This document shows positions 9,985 to 19,868 of a stretch of DNA of 64,000 nt, piece by piece (position 1 is the stretch's first letter; each line of letters begins with the position of its first letter). This DNA comes from Flavobacteriales bacterium (GTDB lineage Bacteria; Bacteroidota; Bacteroidia; Flavobacteriales_F; PHOS-HE28): positions 461,342 to 525,341 of the forward strand of contig JAMLHB010000003.1 of NCBI GenBank assembly GCA_023957375.1, given 5' to 3'. The notes under the pieces are model-generated. The model saw only the letters and a program-made list of their open reading frames with translations, was not told the origin of the DNA and made no database searches. The position numbers and the translations under genes are program-made.

Positions 9985-10575
9985 ATGGAACGCGAACTCA
10001 CTCCCTCTGAAAGCCTGAAGCTCATCGAAACGATGATCGATCAGGCCAAGCGCAGCTTCTCACGGATCAGCTTCTTCTTCCTCCTTTGGGGCGTACTGCT
10101 TATCGGGGCCATGTTGGCCACCTATATGCTGCGCAACTCGGGTGAGGCCTGGGGCCATGGCGCCGCATTCGGCATTGCTGGGGCTTTGGGCGGCCTGATC
10201 AGTGGCATTGCCGGGGCGCGCATGGGCGCCTCAGTGCATGTGGCCAACCCCATGGACCGTGTAGTGGGCTGGATCTGGCTGGCCTTCATCATCACCTTGG
10301 TCCTGCTGATCATCGCAACGGCAGGCTACGGAGGCGGCGACCCCAGCGTGGCCATCACCCTGCTCACCGGCCTGCCCACCTTTATCACCGGCCGCATCAT
10401 GCGCTTCAAGCCCTTGGTACTGGGCGGCATTCTGTTTTGGGTGGCCGGCCTGGTCATGGCCTTCAGCAACAGCTACCTGGTAAGCACATGGGCCTATTGC
10501 ACCGCCATGCTCTTCGGCTACCTCATCCCCGGATACCTCCTCAAGCGCCAGGAAGATGGCCTTCGCACCGCTTGA
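9985..10575 (+). CDS. hypothetical multi-pass membrane protein, 196 aa
   Basis: The start was taken at ATG 9985 inside ORF 9289-10575, because the upstream part is antisense to the previous gene. It has 4-5 hydrophobic segments and overlaps the downstream regulator gene by 20 nt. Confidence 0.65.
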   Translation: MERELTPSESLKLIETMIDQAKRSFSRISFFFLLWGVLLIGAMLATYMLRNSGEAWGHGAAFGIAGALGGLISGIAGARMGASVHVANPMDRVVGWIWLAFIITLVLLIIATAGYGGGDPSVAITLLTGLPTFITGRIMRFKPLVLGGILFWVAGLVMAFSNSYLVSTWAYCTAMLFGYLIPGYLLKRQEDGLRTA

Positions 10576-10849
10576 TCCCGTGCTCCACAACCAGCTTCGC
10601 TTAGCCATAGTAAGCTTGCTGGTGGGCGTGGAGAGCGCGGACTTCAACTTCCTGCTGGAGAAGACCGGCGCCACGCGCGGCAACCTCAGCGTGCAGATCA
10701 CCAAGTTGAAGGAGGTGGGCTACCTCACGGTGAAGAAGACCTTCAAGGACAACTACCCGAACACGCGCTGCTCGCTTTCCGCCAAGGGCCTCAAAGCGTT
10801 CGAGAGCTATGTGAAGGCCATCAAGGAATACTTCGGCGGCGTGCAATGA
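10556..10849 (+). CDS. winged-helix transcriptional regulator (HTH_34/MarR-like), 97 aa
   Basis: The sequence LHNQLRLAIVSLLVGVESADFNFLLEKTGATRGNLSVQITKLKEVGYLTVKK is typical of small wHTH regulators. Confidence 0.75.
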   Translation: MAFAPLDPVLHNQLRLAIVSLLVGVESADFNFLLEKTGATRGNLSVQITKLKEVGYLTVKKTFKDNYPNTRCSLSAKGLKAFESYVKAIKEYFGGVQ

Positions 10850-10859
10850 AGCGGTCCCG

Positions 10860-11822
10860 TCACTTGATCGGCTTCAGCTCGGTCCGGACCGTTACGTCCA
10901 TCTGCACCACGTTCGACCGGAACCGGATCACCTCCACGGAACTGGCGGGCCATGTGGTGCGCTTGTTGAACCGGTCCACCCGTTCCTCATCCACGAACAA
11001 GCCTTCGCGCCGGAGGTTGCCGAAGCTTTTCACCAGCGAGGCATGCAAGGCATCCGGGTTGTAGGTGGTGATCGTACGGCCCACCAGCTCCGTTGCATCG
11101 TTCTTGTCCAACCCCACTTCCACCATGGCGGGAAGATCGGGCAGGTCGGGTCGTAGCGGCACTTGGATGTCTTGTACCTTAGCCGGTTGGCGCAGGGATC
11201 CCTTGGGGGGGAACTCCGTTGTGTACATCCCGAGGATGGAGCGGAGCCGGTTCGGCTGCGTTTCCACAAAGGTGTCATAAAGGGAATCAACAAAAAAGTA
11301 GATCCGGGCATCGGGGATCGAAGGTGCATCCCCCATCATGCTCAGCGCATCATTCACACTGCGTTGCATGGCAGCGGTCAGCTCCGCCTTTTCATCCTTC
11401 TTTTCCACCCGGCCCAACAACTTGCCCGAACGATCCAGTTCGTAGAGCACCCCCCACTCGGACAGTGGCTTGTACGCGGCACGGGCCAGGGTGATGGCCA
11501 CAGTCCCTGTATGGTCCAGTTTCGCCGGACCCTTTCCTTCATGCCCGGCATCCACAAGCATTTCCGGTACACCGACCACGGTATTGTGGACCAGGAGTTC
11601 ATACCGGTCCTTCCGCGCAACGTACACCTCAAGCACATAGGTCGAGTTCATCCGGGTGTTCACGGTGGTGCTGTCCACGGTGATCTTCATCTCGGTGTTC
11701 ACTTGAACTTCACGCTTGTCGCCGATCCGCCAATCGGGCGCGGGTTTGATGGCGGAGGATTGCGCCCACAACAACGGTGCGGCCGCCCATGCCGCAGGGA
11801 TCAGAATGGCCCGGTAATGCAT
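10860..11822 (-). CDS. hypothetical secreted protein, 320 aa
   Basis: Start at ATG 11822 gives a signal peptide (MHYRAILIPAAWAAAPLLWAQS). The remainder of ORF 10860-12155 upstream of that is antisense to the SDR gene. Confidence 0.6.
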   Translation of the reverse strand: MHYRAILIPAAWAAAPLLWAQSSAIKPAPDWRIGDKREVQVNTEMKITVDSTTVNTRMNSTYVLEVYVARKDRYELLVHNTVVGVPEMLVDAGHEGKGPAKLDHTGTVAITLARAAYKPLSEWGVLYELDRSGKLLGRVEKKDEKAELTAAMQRSVNDALSMMGDAPSIPDARIYFFVDSLYDTFVETQPNRLRSILGMYTTEFPPKGSLRQPAKVQDIQVPLRPDLPDLPAMVEVGLDKNDATELVGRTITTYNPDALHASLVKSFGNLRREGLFVDEERVDRFNKRTTWPASSVEVIRFRSNVVQMDVTVRTELKPIK

Positions 11823-11895
11823 TGCCAACGGATTTGGTGCAAGATGCACATTCCCGCCGATCTTTTGCGGCCGACCTGCCGACCTTTGCCCGGCC

Positions 11896-12635
11896 ATGAA
11901 GAACAAAACCGTGATCGTCACCGGTGCCGGCTCGGGTATCGGCCGTGCCGTTGCCCTGAAATTCGCCAGGGGCGCCGCCAACGTGGTGGTGGCCGACGTG
12001 CATGAAGCCGAAGGCAAGCGGACCGTGCAGCAGGTGGTGGAACAGGGCGGAAACGCCTGCTTCGTAATGGCCGACACCTCCCGGCCCGCCGATTGTGCGA
12101 ACACCGTGCAACAGGCCCTGGAGCGGTTCGGTGCATTGCACTGCGCGGTGAACAACGCGGGGATCGGCGGGGCCGGCGTAAAGACCGCCGACTACCCGCT
12201 GGAACGCTGGGAGCGTGAGATCGCGGTAAACCTCAGCGGCGTCTTCTACGGCATGCGGTACCAATCGCAGCCATGCTGGAGGGGGGCGGCGGGGCCATCG
12301 TCAACATCGCCAGTGTGCTGGGCGTAACGGCCATTCCGCTGTCGGCGGCCTATATCGCCGCCAAACACGGGGTGGTTGGCCTTACCAAGACGGCCGCGCT
12401 GGAATACGCGCAGCAGGGCATACGCGTGAACGCAGTGGGGCCCGGCTACACCGAAACCCCGCTGCTGGCCAAATACGACGAGGCCCGCCTTGCGGGCGTG
12501 CTGGCGCGCCACCCCATGGGCCGCTTGGCCCGTCCGGAGGAAATCGCCAACATGGTGCATTGGCTTTGCACCGATGAGGCGAGCTATGTTACCGGGGCTT
12601 ATCTGCCCGCCGACGGTGGTTACACCGCACAATGA
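11896..12635 (+). pseudogene. SDR family oxidoreductase, interrupted by a 1-nt frameshift
   Basis: The N-terminal half (11896-12327) carries TGAGSGIGRA and NNAG motifs. The C-terminal half (12273-12635) carries the IAS...YxxxK region (AAYIAAKHG). The two frames join as GVFYGMRYQ/IAAMLEGGGGAIVNIAS around 12262-12266. Confidence 0.8.
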
Positions 12636-12690
12636 GCACTGCACCAGCATTACCTTGACCCCACTAGCCAACTTCACAGCAAACCCCTCC

Positions 12691-13251
12691 ATGTTGCCCG
12701 GAACCTTCAAAACCGTTCAAGAATCCGAAGTGGCGCTGTCCGTGCTGATGCTTCCCTCGCACTCCAACTTCGGCGGCAAGATCCACGGCGGCTACCTGCT
12801 TTCGCTGCTTGACCAGGTGGCCTTCGCCTGTGCCAGCAAGCACAGCGGCCATTACTGTGTTACCGCCAGCGTGGACGTGGTGAACTTCCTGCGGCCCATC
12901 GAAGTGGGGGAATTGGTGACCCTCAAAGCGTCGATCAACTTCGTGGGGCACAGCTCCATGATCGTGGGCATCCGCGTGGAGGCGGAGAACATCCGCACCG
13001 GCGCGCTGAAGCATTGCACCTCCGCGTATTTCTCCATGGTGGCCAAGGACGATGATGAGCGGAGCGTGGAGGTGCCCGGCCTCATCGTGCGGAACAAACG
13101 CGAGGTCTGCCGTTTCCTGAATGGCGCAAAAAGCATTGTGCACCGTGAGGAACAACATCGCGCCTCCTGTGACGTGGACCTTGCCGACGATGCCTACAGG
13201 AAAGACCTGCAGGGATACCGCGTGCAGGTGGACCTCGGGCCTAAGGAGTGA
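12691..13251 (+). CDS. acyl-CoA thioesterase (hotdog fold, YciA-like), 186 aa
   Basis: Start at ATG 12691. The motif LMLPSHSNFGGKIHGGYLLSLLDQVAFACA is typical of this family. Confidence 0.85.
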   Translation: MLPGTFKTVQESEVALSVLMLPSHSNFGGKIHGGYLLSLLDQVAFACASKHSGHYCVTASVDVVNFLRPIEVGELVTLKASINFVGHSSMIVGIRVEAENIRTGALKHCTSAYFSMVAKDDDERSVEVPGLIVRNKREVCRFLNGAKSIVHREEQHRASCDVDLADDAYRKDLQGYRVQVDLGPKE

Positions 13252-13385
13252 TCCCGGGGGAAAACCGCCCTGCGCGAACGCTTGCCACATGGGGTTTGTT
13301 TCCCTGGCGCAGGTGCCACTCCATATCGCCACGGCGTGATGGCTGGCCAGCGCAACGACGCCGATCGCACCGGGCGATCGATCAG

Positions 13386-14705
13386 ATGACGCAAACGATG
13401 AACGGCAGTGCCATGGCAAGGATCAAGGAAGTAACCACAGCGGAAGTAAATGCGGCGATCGGCAGGGCGGATGCACAGCTCGTGGACGTTCGCGACGTAA
13501 ACGCATACAACGGATGGCGCATACGCGATGAGCACGTGGGCGGGCACATCCGCGGTGCGCGGTCACTGTGGGCGAAGTGGGCCGGCTACATGGACTGGAT
13601 CGAGATCGTACGGTCGAAGGGAATTCGCCCGGAACAGCAGGTCATCCTGTACGGTTACGACAGGCACGAGGTGGAAGCCGTTGCGGCGCGGTTCCTGAAG
13701 TCAGGGTACAACAACATCGCATACTACCCGCATTTCCTTGCGGAATGGCAGCAACAGCATCCGGAGCTGATCGATCGCATGGCACGTTGGGACCGGTTGG
13801 TGCCCGCCCAATGGGTGAAGGCGTTCGTGGACGGCAAACCACCAAGGGGGTGTGCGGACAAGCGCACGGTGATCGTGCATGCGCACTACCGCAACCGCGA
13901 CGCCTACCTCAGCGGGCACATTCCCGGCGCCATCGATATGGACACGCTGGCGCTGGAGGCACCTGAAACCTGGAACCGCAGGAGCCCGGCCGAGCTGAAG
14001 CGCGCATTGGAGGCGCATGGCATCACGGCGGACACGCGGGTGATCTTGTACGGCAAGTACATGTCGCCGGACAACGCCGATGAATTCCCGGGCAGTGCCG
14101 CTGGGCATTTGGGGGCCATCCGCTGCAACCTGATCATGCTCTACGCCGGTGTAAAGAACGTGCACGTGCTCAACGGCGGCTTCCGCGCATGGACCGATGC
14201 AGGCTTCCCCGCCAGCACCGATGATGTACCGAAGAAACCCGTGGAGGAGTTCGGCGCCAAGATCCCGGTGCACCCGGAATACATCGTGGACATCGAGGAG
14301 GCCAAGCGAATGATCGCTGCGCCGGGCGCCGACCTCGTATCGGTGCGCAGCTGGCCCGAGTTCATCGGCGAGGTGAGCGGCTACAACTACATCGGGCCAA
14401 AGGGCCGCATCCCAGGCGCGGTGTTCGGCAACTGCGGCTCCGATGCCTACCACATGGAGAACTACCGCAACCTGGACCATACCGTGCGCGAATCCGGCGA
14501 GGTGGTCCGCAACTGGAAGGAAGCGGGCATCGTGCCGGAAAAGAAGCTCGCCTTTTTCTGCGGCACGGGCTGGCGCGGCAGCGAAGCCTTCTACAACGCG
14601 TGGCTGCTCGGCTGGCCCAAGGTATCCGTGTACGACGGGGGCTGGTTCGAGTGGAGTGCCGACCCCAACAACCCGGTGGAGACCGGCGTACCCGCAACGG
14701 CCTGA
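13386..14705 (+). CDS. multi-domain rhodanese sulfurtransferase
   Basis: Rhodanese repeats are present, with a catalytic loop CGTGWRGS near the C-terminus. The start is uncertain (ATG 13386, 13398 or 13413). Confidence 0.78.
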   Translation: MTQTMNGSAMARIKEVTTAEVNAAIGRADAQLVDVRDVNAYNGWRIRDEHVGGHIRGARSLWAKWAGYMDWIEIVRSKGIRPEQQVILYGYDRHEVEAVAARFLKSGYNNIAYYPHFLAEWQQQHPELIDRMARWDRLVPAQWVKAFVDGKPPRGCADKRTVIVHAHYRNRDAYLSGHIPGAIDMDTLALEAPETWNRRSPAELKRALEAHGITADTRVILYGKYMSPDNADEFPGSAAGHLGAIRCNLIMLYAGVKNVHVLNGGFRAWTDAGFPASTDDVPKKPVEEFGAKIPVHPEYIVDIEEAKRMIAAPGADLVSVRSWPEFIGEVSGYNYIGPKGRIPGAVFGNCGSDAYHMENYRNLDHTVRESGEVVRNWKEAGIVPEKKLAFFCGTGWRGSEAFYNAWLLGWPKVSVYDGGWFEWSADPNNPVETGVPATA

Positions 14706-14761
14706 TCATGGTCCGTTGCACGGGGCGGCCGCGATCATGCACACCTTGCAACCCATGAGCG

Positions 14762-16018
14762 TTGTGGTCGGATCACGCCGACATTTGCGCCCTTAACCCA
14801 TTGGCACCCTTGTCGCAGAAGATCAAGAACCGGGCGTTGATCATCACCGTGCTCGGACTGCTCACCACCGTCGGGCCGTTCTCCATCGACATGTACCTGC
14901 CGGGCTTGGGCGCCATTGCGGCGTCGCTCGGGTCCACCATCGACCAGGTGCAGCTCTCGCTCACCTCCTTCTTTTTCGGCATTGCGGTGGGGCAGTTGAT
15001 CTACGGTCCGCTGCTGGACCGCTTCGGGCGAAAGCCCCCGTTGGTGACCGGACTTCTCGTGTATATCGCCACCTCCGTGGTTCTTGCCATGGCGGCCTCC
15101 GTGGAAGCCTTGGTGGCTTGGCGCTTTGTACAGGCGCTGGGCAGCTGTGCCGGCATGGTGGCCGCGCGCGCGTTGGTGCGCGACTATTTTCCGCCCCATG
15201 AAACCGCCCGCGTCTTCTCGCTGCTGATGCTGATCCTGGGGGTTTCGCCCGTGCTGGCACCTACCATCGGCGGCTACCTCATCCACTTCCTCGGCTGGCC
15301 GTCCGTGTTCATCACCTTGGCGCTCATCGTTGCGGCGGTATTGTTGGCGGTGGTGGTGCTGTTGCCGGAAAAGAAGGGACCTGACGCCAGCATCTCCCTG
15401 CGGCCCGGCCGTGTTTTGGCCACCTTCGGCCAGGTGGCGCACCTGCCCCAGTTCGCCGTGTTCGCCACGGCCAGCGCCCTCACTTCCGCAGGGCTCTACG
15501 CCTGGCTTAGCGGATCGGCGTTCGTGATGATGGAGCTCTACGGCATCAACGAGCGTGAGTTTGGCTGGATCTTCGCCTTCCTGGCCTCGGGCATCATTCT
15601 GGCCAGCCAGGCCAACAACCTGCTGCTGAAGCGCTACGACAGCGTTTCCATCTCGCGGGTGGCCGGGGTGTGGCAGGCGCTATGGGGCGTGGCGCTCCTG
15701 GGCACGTCGCTCCTGCCTTCCGTTAGCCTGCCGATGTTCGTGGCCCTGCTCTTCCTCTACCTGCTTTGCGAAGGCTTTGTCTTTCCCAACACTTCGGCCT
15801 TGGCGCTGAACCCCTTTTCCCGCCTGGCGGGCAATGCCTCGGCCCTGATGGGCGCGCTGCAGATGGCGGTGGGCGCGCTTGCCTCCTACCTCACCAGCGC
15901 ATTGTTCAACGGCACCACGTTGCCCATGACCGCAGTGATGGCGGCATGCTCCGTCGCTTGCTGTTGGTTGATCCTGGCACGCGGAACCCGCATGCAGTTG
16001 GTGGAAGAAGTCATGTGA
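14762..16018 (+). CDS. MFS transporter, Bcr/CflA drug-resistance subfamily
   Basis: 12-TM profile with the N-terminal signature GPFSIDMYLPGL. There is no in-frame ATG near the N-terminus; candidate starts are TTG 14762 (used by the ORF track) or TTG 14810. Confidence 0.83.
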   Translation: MWSDHADICALNPLAPLSQKIKNRALIITVLGLLTTVGPFSIDMYLPGLGAIAASLGSTIDQVQLSLTSFFFGIAVGQLIYGPLLDRFGRKPPLVTGLLVYIATSVVLAMAASVEALVAWRFVQALGSCAGMVAARALVRDYFPPHETARVFSLLMLILGVSPVLAPTIGGYLIHFLGWPSVFITLALIVAAVLLAVVVLLPEKKGPDASISLRPGRVLATFGQVAHLPQFAVFATASALTSAGLYAWLSGSAFVMMELYGINEREFGWIFAFLASGIILASQANNLLLKRYDSVSISRVAGVWQALWGVALLGTSLLPSVSLPMFVALLFLYLLCEGFVFPNTSALALNPFSRLAGNASALMGALQMAVGALASYLTSALFNGTTLPMTAVMAACSVACCWLILARGTRMQLVEEVM

Positions 16019-16025
16019 GGCCCGG

Positions 16026-17267
16026 TCACGCCCGATCCACCAATTCGCTCTGGATCTTCACGCCGCCCACCAGCGTGCGGTGCGCCGGGCAACGGTCGGC
16101 GATCTCCAAAATGCGTTGGCGCTGTTCGGGCGTAAGGTCTCCTTCCATGCGCACCCTGCACCGGAACCGGTCGATGCGTGCCGTGGGCCCGCCCGGTTGC
16201 GCACAGTCGCCGATGTGCGCTTTATCATGGTCCACCTCCACCGTGATGTGCTGTAGGTCCCACTGCTTGCGCCGGGCGTAAAGCCGGGCGGTGATCGCCT
16301 TGCACGCGGCCAGTCCGCCTGCCACATAGTCGTAGGGGGAGGGCCCGAGGCCGCCCCCTCCCATGGCTTCCGGCTCGTCAGCCACCAAGTGGTGCCCGTC
16401 CAGCCACATGCTGGTGGTGTACTTGTCCTCCGCAGAGAGGCTGGCCACCGCCCCGGCACCGCCTTCGGGCTCTTCCGTTGCGGGCGTGTCCACATAGCGC
16501 GAGGCCCACTGGCCGATGATGCGGCCTGCGTACAAGGCATCGGCATGGCGGGTGAGCAGGTGGTCCGCCCCGTCCAAGGAGATGAAGCTCTTGGGGTGGT
16601 GGGCCGCCTTGTAGATGGCCTCTGCATTGGTGATGTCCACCGTAGCGTCCTGCGGGGAGTGCAGAATGAGCAGGGCTTTTCCGAAGTCTTTCACCACGCT
16701 GTCCGTGCGCTTGTTGCGCAAGTCGTCCAGAAACTGCTTCTTGATGATGAAGCCGCGCCCTTCCAAGTGCACCGTGGCCGAACCCGTTCGTTCAATCTCC
16801 TCCTCACTGCTTTGCAACAGGCGCGACACATGCTCGGGATCACTGGGTGCACCGATCACGGCCACGGCCTTCACCGAAGGCAGGCGTGCGGCGGCGAACA
16901 ACACGGCCGCTCCACCCAAGGAATGGCCCACCAGCAGCGCCGGGGCGCCATATTCAGCTTCCAAGAACTTCGCCGCCTCCACCAGGTCCTCCACGTTGCC
17001 GGAGAAGTTGGTGTCCGAAAATTCACCCTCACTGGCGCCCAGACCGGTGAAATCGAAACGCAGCACGCCAAAGCCCGACCTGGCCAGTTCGCGGCTGATG
17101 TCCACTGCGGCACGCAGGTTCTTGGAGCAGGTAAAGCAGTGGGCGAAGATCGCGTAGCTGTGCGGTTGGCCGGCCGCCGGCAGTTCCATCCGGCCCGACA
17201 GCAGCTGCCCCGCAGCGTTCTTGAAGGATACTTTCCTGGTCTTCATCTGCTCCAAGGAAACCGCCAT
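16026..17267 (-). CDS. alpha/beta hydrolase fused to an OsmC-family domain, 413 aa
   Basis: Start at ATG 17267. It has a nucleophile elbow (GHSLGG) and a C-terminal OsmC-like region (GGLAACKAIT...RCPAHRTL). Confidence 0.85.
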   Translation of the reverse strand: MAVSLEQMKTRKVSFKNAAGQLLSGRMELPAAGQPHSYAIFAHCFTCSKNLRAAVDISRELARSGFGVLRFDFTGLGASEGEFSDTNFSGNVEDLVEAAKFLEAEYGAPALLVGHSLGGAAVLFAAARLPSVKAVAVIGAPSDPEHVSRLLQSSEEEIERTGSATVHLEGRGFIIKKQFLDDLRNKRTDSVVKDFGKALLILHSPQDATVDITNAEAIYKAAHHPKSFISLDGADHLLTRHADALYAGRIIGQWASRYVDTPATEEPEGGAGAVASLSAEDKYTTSMWLDGHHLVADEPEAMGGGGLGPSPYDYVAGGLAACKAITARLYARRKQWDLQHITVEVDHDKAHIGDCAQPGGPTARIDRFRCRVRMEGDLTPEQRQRILEIADRCPAHRTLVGGVKIQSELVDRA

Positions 17268-17314
17268 GGGCAGCCATTTGTTTGCACGGCGGCAGTTGTG
17301 CGTCGCCTCCAGGG

Positions 17315-19819
17315 TCACGCAACCTTCACCCGCATTCGCCACTTCACCACCTCGTACCACAGCACACTGAGCAAGCCGGCGGCAACGGCCACGGCCAGCA
17401 GCGGCAAGGCGGGGGAGCTCAATTGGAAAAAGTCGCGCAGCGGTGGGAAGTACAGCAGCAGGGCCAGCAACAGCACCGTGGCCAACAGGATGCCACGCAG
17501 CAGCGGGTTTCGGTAGCGCAGTGTTTGGATGAACGAATGGTCGAAGGAACGGTTCACCAGGGTGAGCGCGATGTTGGCCACCACCAGGGTGGTGAACGTG
17601 AGGGTGCGCGTCAGTTCCACGCCCAGATCGAGATGTACCGCGTACCGGTAGCTGAACAACGTTCCCGCGGTGATCACCAACCCTTGCAGCAGGCTGGTGC
17701 GCAGTTCGGCCCAGGAGAGGAAGGTGCGCTCGATCCGCCTTGGCGGGCGCTGCATGGTGCCCGGTTCCATGGGTTCGCTCTCGTAGGCGATGCTGCAGGT
17801 GGGGCCCATCAACAGCTCCAGGAAGATCACGTGCACCGGCGTGAAGATGTTGGGATACACCCAGCCCAACAGCAGCGGCAACGAGACGGTGAGGATGATG
17901 GGCAAGTGGATGCTGATGACGTACTGGATGGCCTTCTTCAGGTTGGCATAGATCCGCCGCCCTTGGGCAATGGCCTGCACCATGTGGCCCAGATCATCGT
18001 CCAACAGCACCAGGTCCGCCGCTTCCTTGGCCAGCTCGCTGCCGCGCTTGCCCATGGCGATGCCGATGTCCGCCGCCTTCAGGGCGGGCCCGTCGTTCAC
18101 GCCGTCGCCGGTCATGGCTGACACATGTCCCTGGGCCTGCAGGGCCTTCACCACGCGCAGCTTGGCCTCGGGGAACATGCGCGTGAAACAGTTGCTGCGC
18201 CGCACGGCTTCCGCCAATTCCCGCTCGCCCATGCGCTGCACCGCTTCACCGTTCACCACTGGGCCATTGTGGCGGAAGCCCACCGACTGCGCCACCGCCA
18301 GGGTGGTGGGGGCATTGTCGCCGGTGATGATCACCGTGCGGATCCCGGCCTGGTCGAATCCCTCCAGCACGGCCCGCATGTTGGCCTTGGGCGGGTCGTG
18401 GAAAGCCACCAAGCCCCGATAGGTGAAGCCGATCTCCTGCTGGGTGGCCGGCCAGGGTTCCGTTGCTTCGGGAGCCTCGGCCACGGCAAGGACGCGCATG
18501 CCCTGCATCGCCATGGCTTCCACTTGGGCCATCACCGCGCTCCGGTGCCCGGCGTCCATGGCGCACACGGCCAGGATCGCCTCCGGGGCACCCTTGGCGG
18601 CCACAATGCGCCGCCCCGTGCCGTTCGCGAAAAGGTGCGTCATCATCGGAGGACGGCCGCTCAGCGGGTACTCGTGCACCATGCGGAAAGCCGGCCGCTC
18701 ATCGGTGGCGGCATGTTCGGCATAAGCCCCGTGCAAGGCGGTTTCCATGGGGTTGAACGGCACCGGTTCACTGGCCCACATGGCGGTGGCCAGCAAGTGC
18801 TGCACGGCATCGCCGTTCCAATCCTCCCGTTTGCGCGGCGCCTCTTCGCCGTCCAATTGCACCATGGCCAGCTCCATCCGGTTCTCGGTGATGGTGCCGG
18901 TCTTGTCCGTGCAGATCACGGTGGCCGCGCCAAGCGTTTCCACGGTGCGGGCCTGCTTCACCAGCACGTTCATGCGCATCATGCGCCAGGCGCCCAGGGC
19001 CATGAAGGTGGTGAACGCCACGGGGATCTCCTCGGGCAGGATGCTCATGGCCAAGGTGAGCCCTTTGAGCAGGCTGTCGGGCAGGTCCCGGCTTTGCAGG
19101 AAGTTGAGGCCCCAGACCACGAGGAAGAACACGCCGCCGATGATGGCCATGCCCTTCACAAAACGCTGTACCTGCCCTTCCAGTGGCGATCGCTTGCGCG
19201 CGGCGCCGGCCATCAGGCCGCCGATGCCGCCCAGGCGGGTGGCCGCACCCACGGCGGTGACGCGGACCACTGCCAGACCGTCCACGGCCTGGGTGCCCCG
19301 GTATATCTCGGCCTCCTTGCCGGCACCCGGTGCCTTCTGCACGGCGAAGGCCTCGCCGGTGAGGATGGATTCGTTCACGGCAAAGTCGTTGGCATGCACC
19401 ACCTGCCCATCGGCAGGCACCAGCTCGCCTTCGCTGACCACGGCATGGTCGCCCACCACCAGCTCATCGGCATGCAGTTCCACCACCTGGTTGTTGCGGA
19501 TGGCGCGGGCCTTGGCCGCAGTAAACTCTTCCAGTGCCGCCAAGGCGCGGCGGCTGCGCTGGTCTTGGTACAGGGAAATGGCGCTCACCAGCACGATGGC
19601 GCCGGTCATGAACCAGGCTTCGCTCCATTCGCCCAAGGCGAAATAGATGCTGGCGGCAGCCACCAACAGCAGGAACATCGGCTCCAGAACGGCATGGCGC
19701 AGGGCATCCCAAAAGCCGCCGTGGCCCGCCTTTTCCAGCGCGTTGCCGCCGTGCACGGCCCGTGAGCGTGTTACTTCAGCATCGCTGAGGCCCGGGAAGG
19801 GAAAGGGGTTTTCCGCCAT
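17315..19819 (-). CDS. cation-translocating P-type ATPase (type II-like), 834 aa
   Basis: Start at ATG 19819. It has the phosphorylation site ICTDKTGTITEN, a TGES-like actuator region, and the hinge MTGDGVNDGPALKAADIGIAMG. Confidence 0.93.
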   Translation of the reverse strand: MAENPFPFPGLSDAEVTRSRAVHGGNALEKAGHGGFWDALRHAVLEPMFLLLVAAASIYFALGEWSEAWFMTGAIVLVSAISLYQDQRSRRALAALEEFTAAKARAIRNNQVVELHADELVVGDHAVVSEGELVPADGQVVHANDFAVNESILTGEAFAVQKAPGAGKEAEIYRGTQAVDGLAVVRVTAVGAATRLGGIGGLMAGAARKRSPLEGQVQRFVKGMAIIGGVFFLVVWGLNFLQSRDLPDSLLKGLTLAMSILPEEIPVAFTTFMALGAWRMMRMNVLVKQARTVETLGAATVICTDKTGTITENRMELAMVQLDGEEAPRKREDWNGDAVQHLLATAMWASEPVPFNPMETALHGAYAEHAATDERPAFRMVHEYPLSGRPPMMTHLFANGTGRRIVAAKGAPEAILAVCAMDAGHRSAVMAQVEAMAMQGMRVLAVAEAPEATEPWPATQQEIGFTYRGLVAFHDPPKANMRAVLEGFDQAGIRTVIITGDNAPTTLAVAQSVGFRHNGPVVNGEAVQRMGERELAEAVRRSNCFTRMFPEAKLRVVKALQAQGHVSAMTGDGVNDGPALKAADIGIAMGKRGSELAKEAADLVLLDDDLGHMVQAIAQGRRIYANLKKAIQYVISIHLPIILTVSLPLLLGWVYPNIFTPVHVIFLELLMGPTCSIAYESEPMEPGTMQRPPRRIERTFLSWAELRTSLLQGLVITAGTLFSYRYAVHLDLGVELTRTLTFTTLVVANIALTLVNRSFDHSFIQTLRYRNPLLRGILLATVLLLALLLYFPPLRDFFQLSSPALPLLAVAVAAGLLSVLWYEVVKWRMRVKVA

Positions 19820-19859
19820 CGGCGCGGAAAGGTAGCCGGATGCGTGCGTGGAATGATCG

Positions 19860-19868
19860 TAAATGACG
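19860..19868. repeat. 9-bp target-site duplication TAAATGACG (left)
   Basis: The identical 9-mer directly abuts both IS ends (19860-19868 and 21094-21102). Confidence 0.8.
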
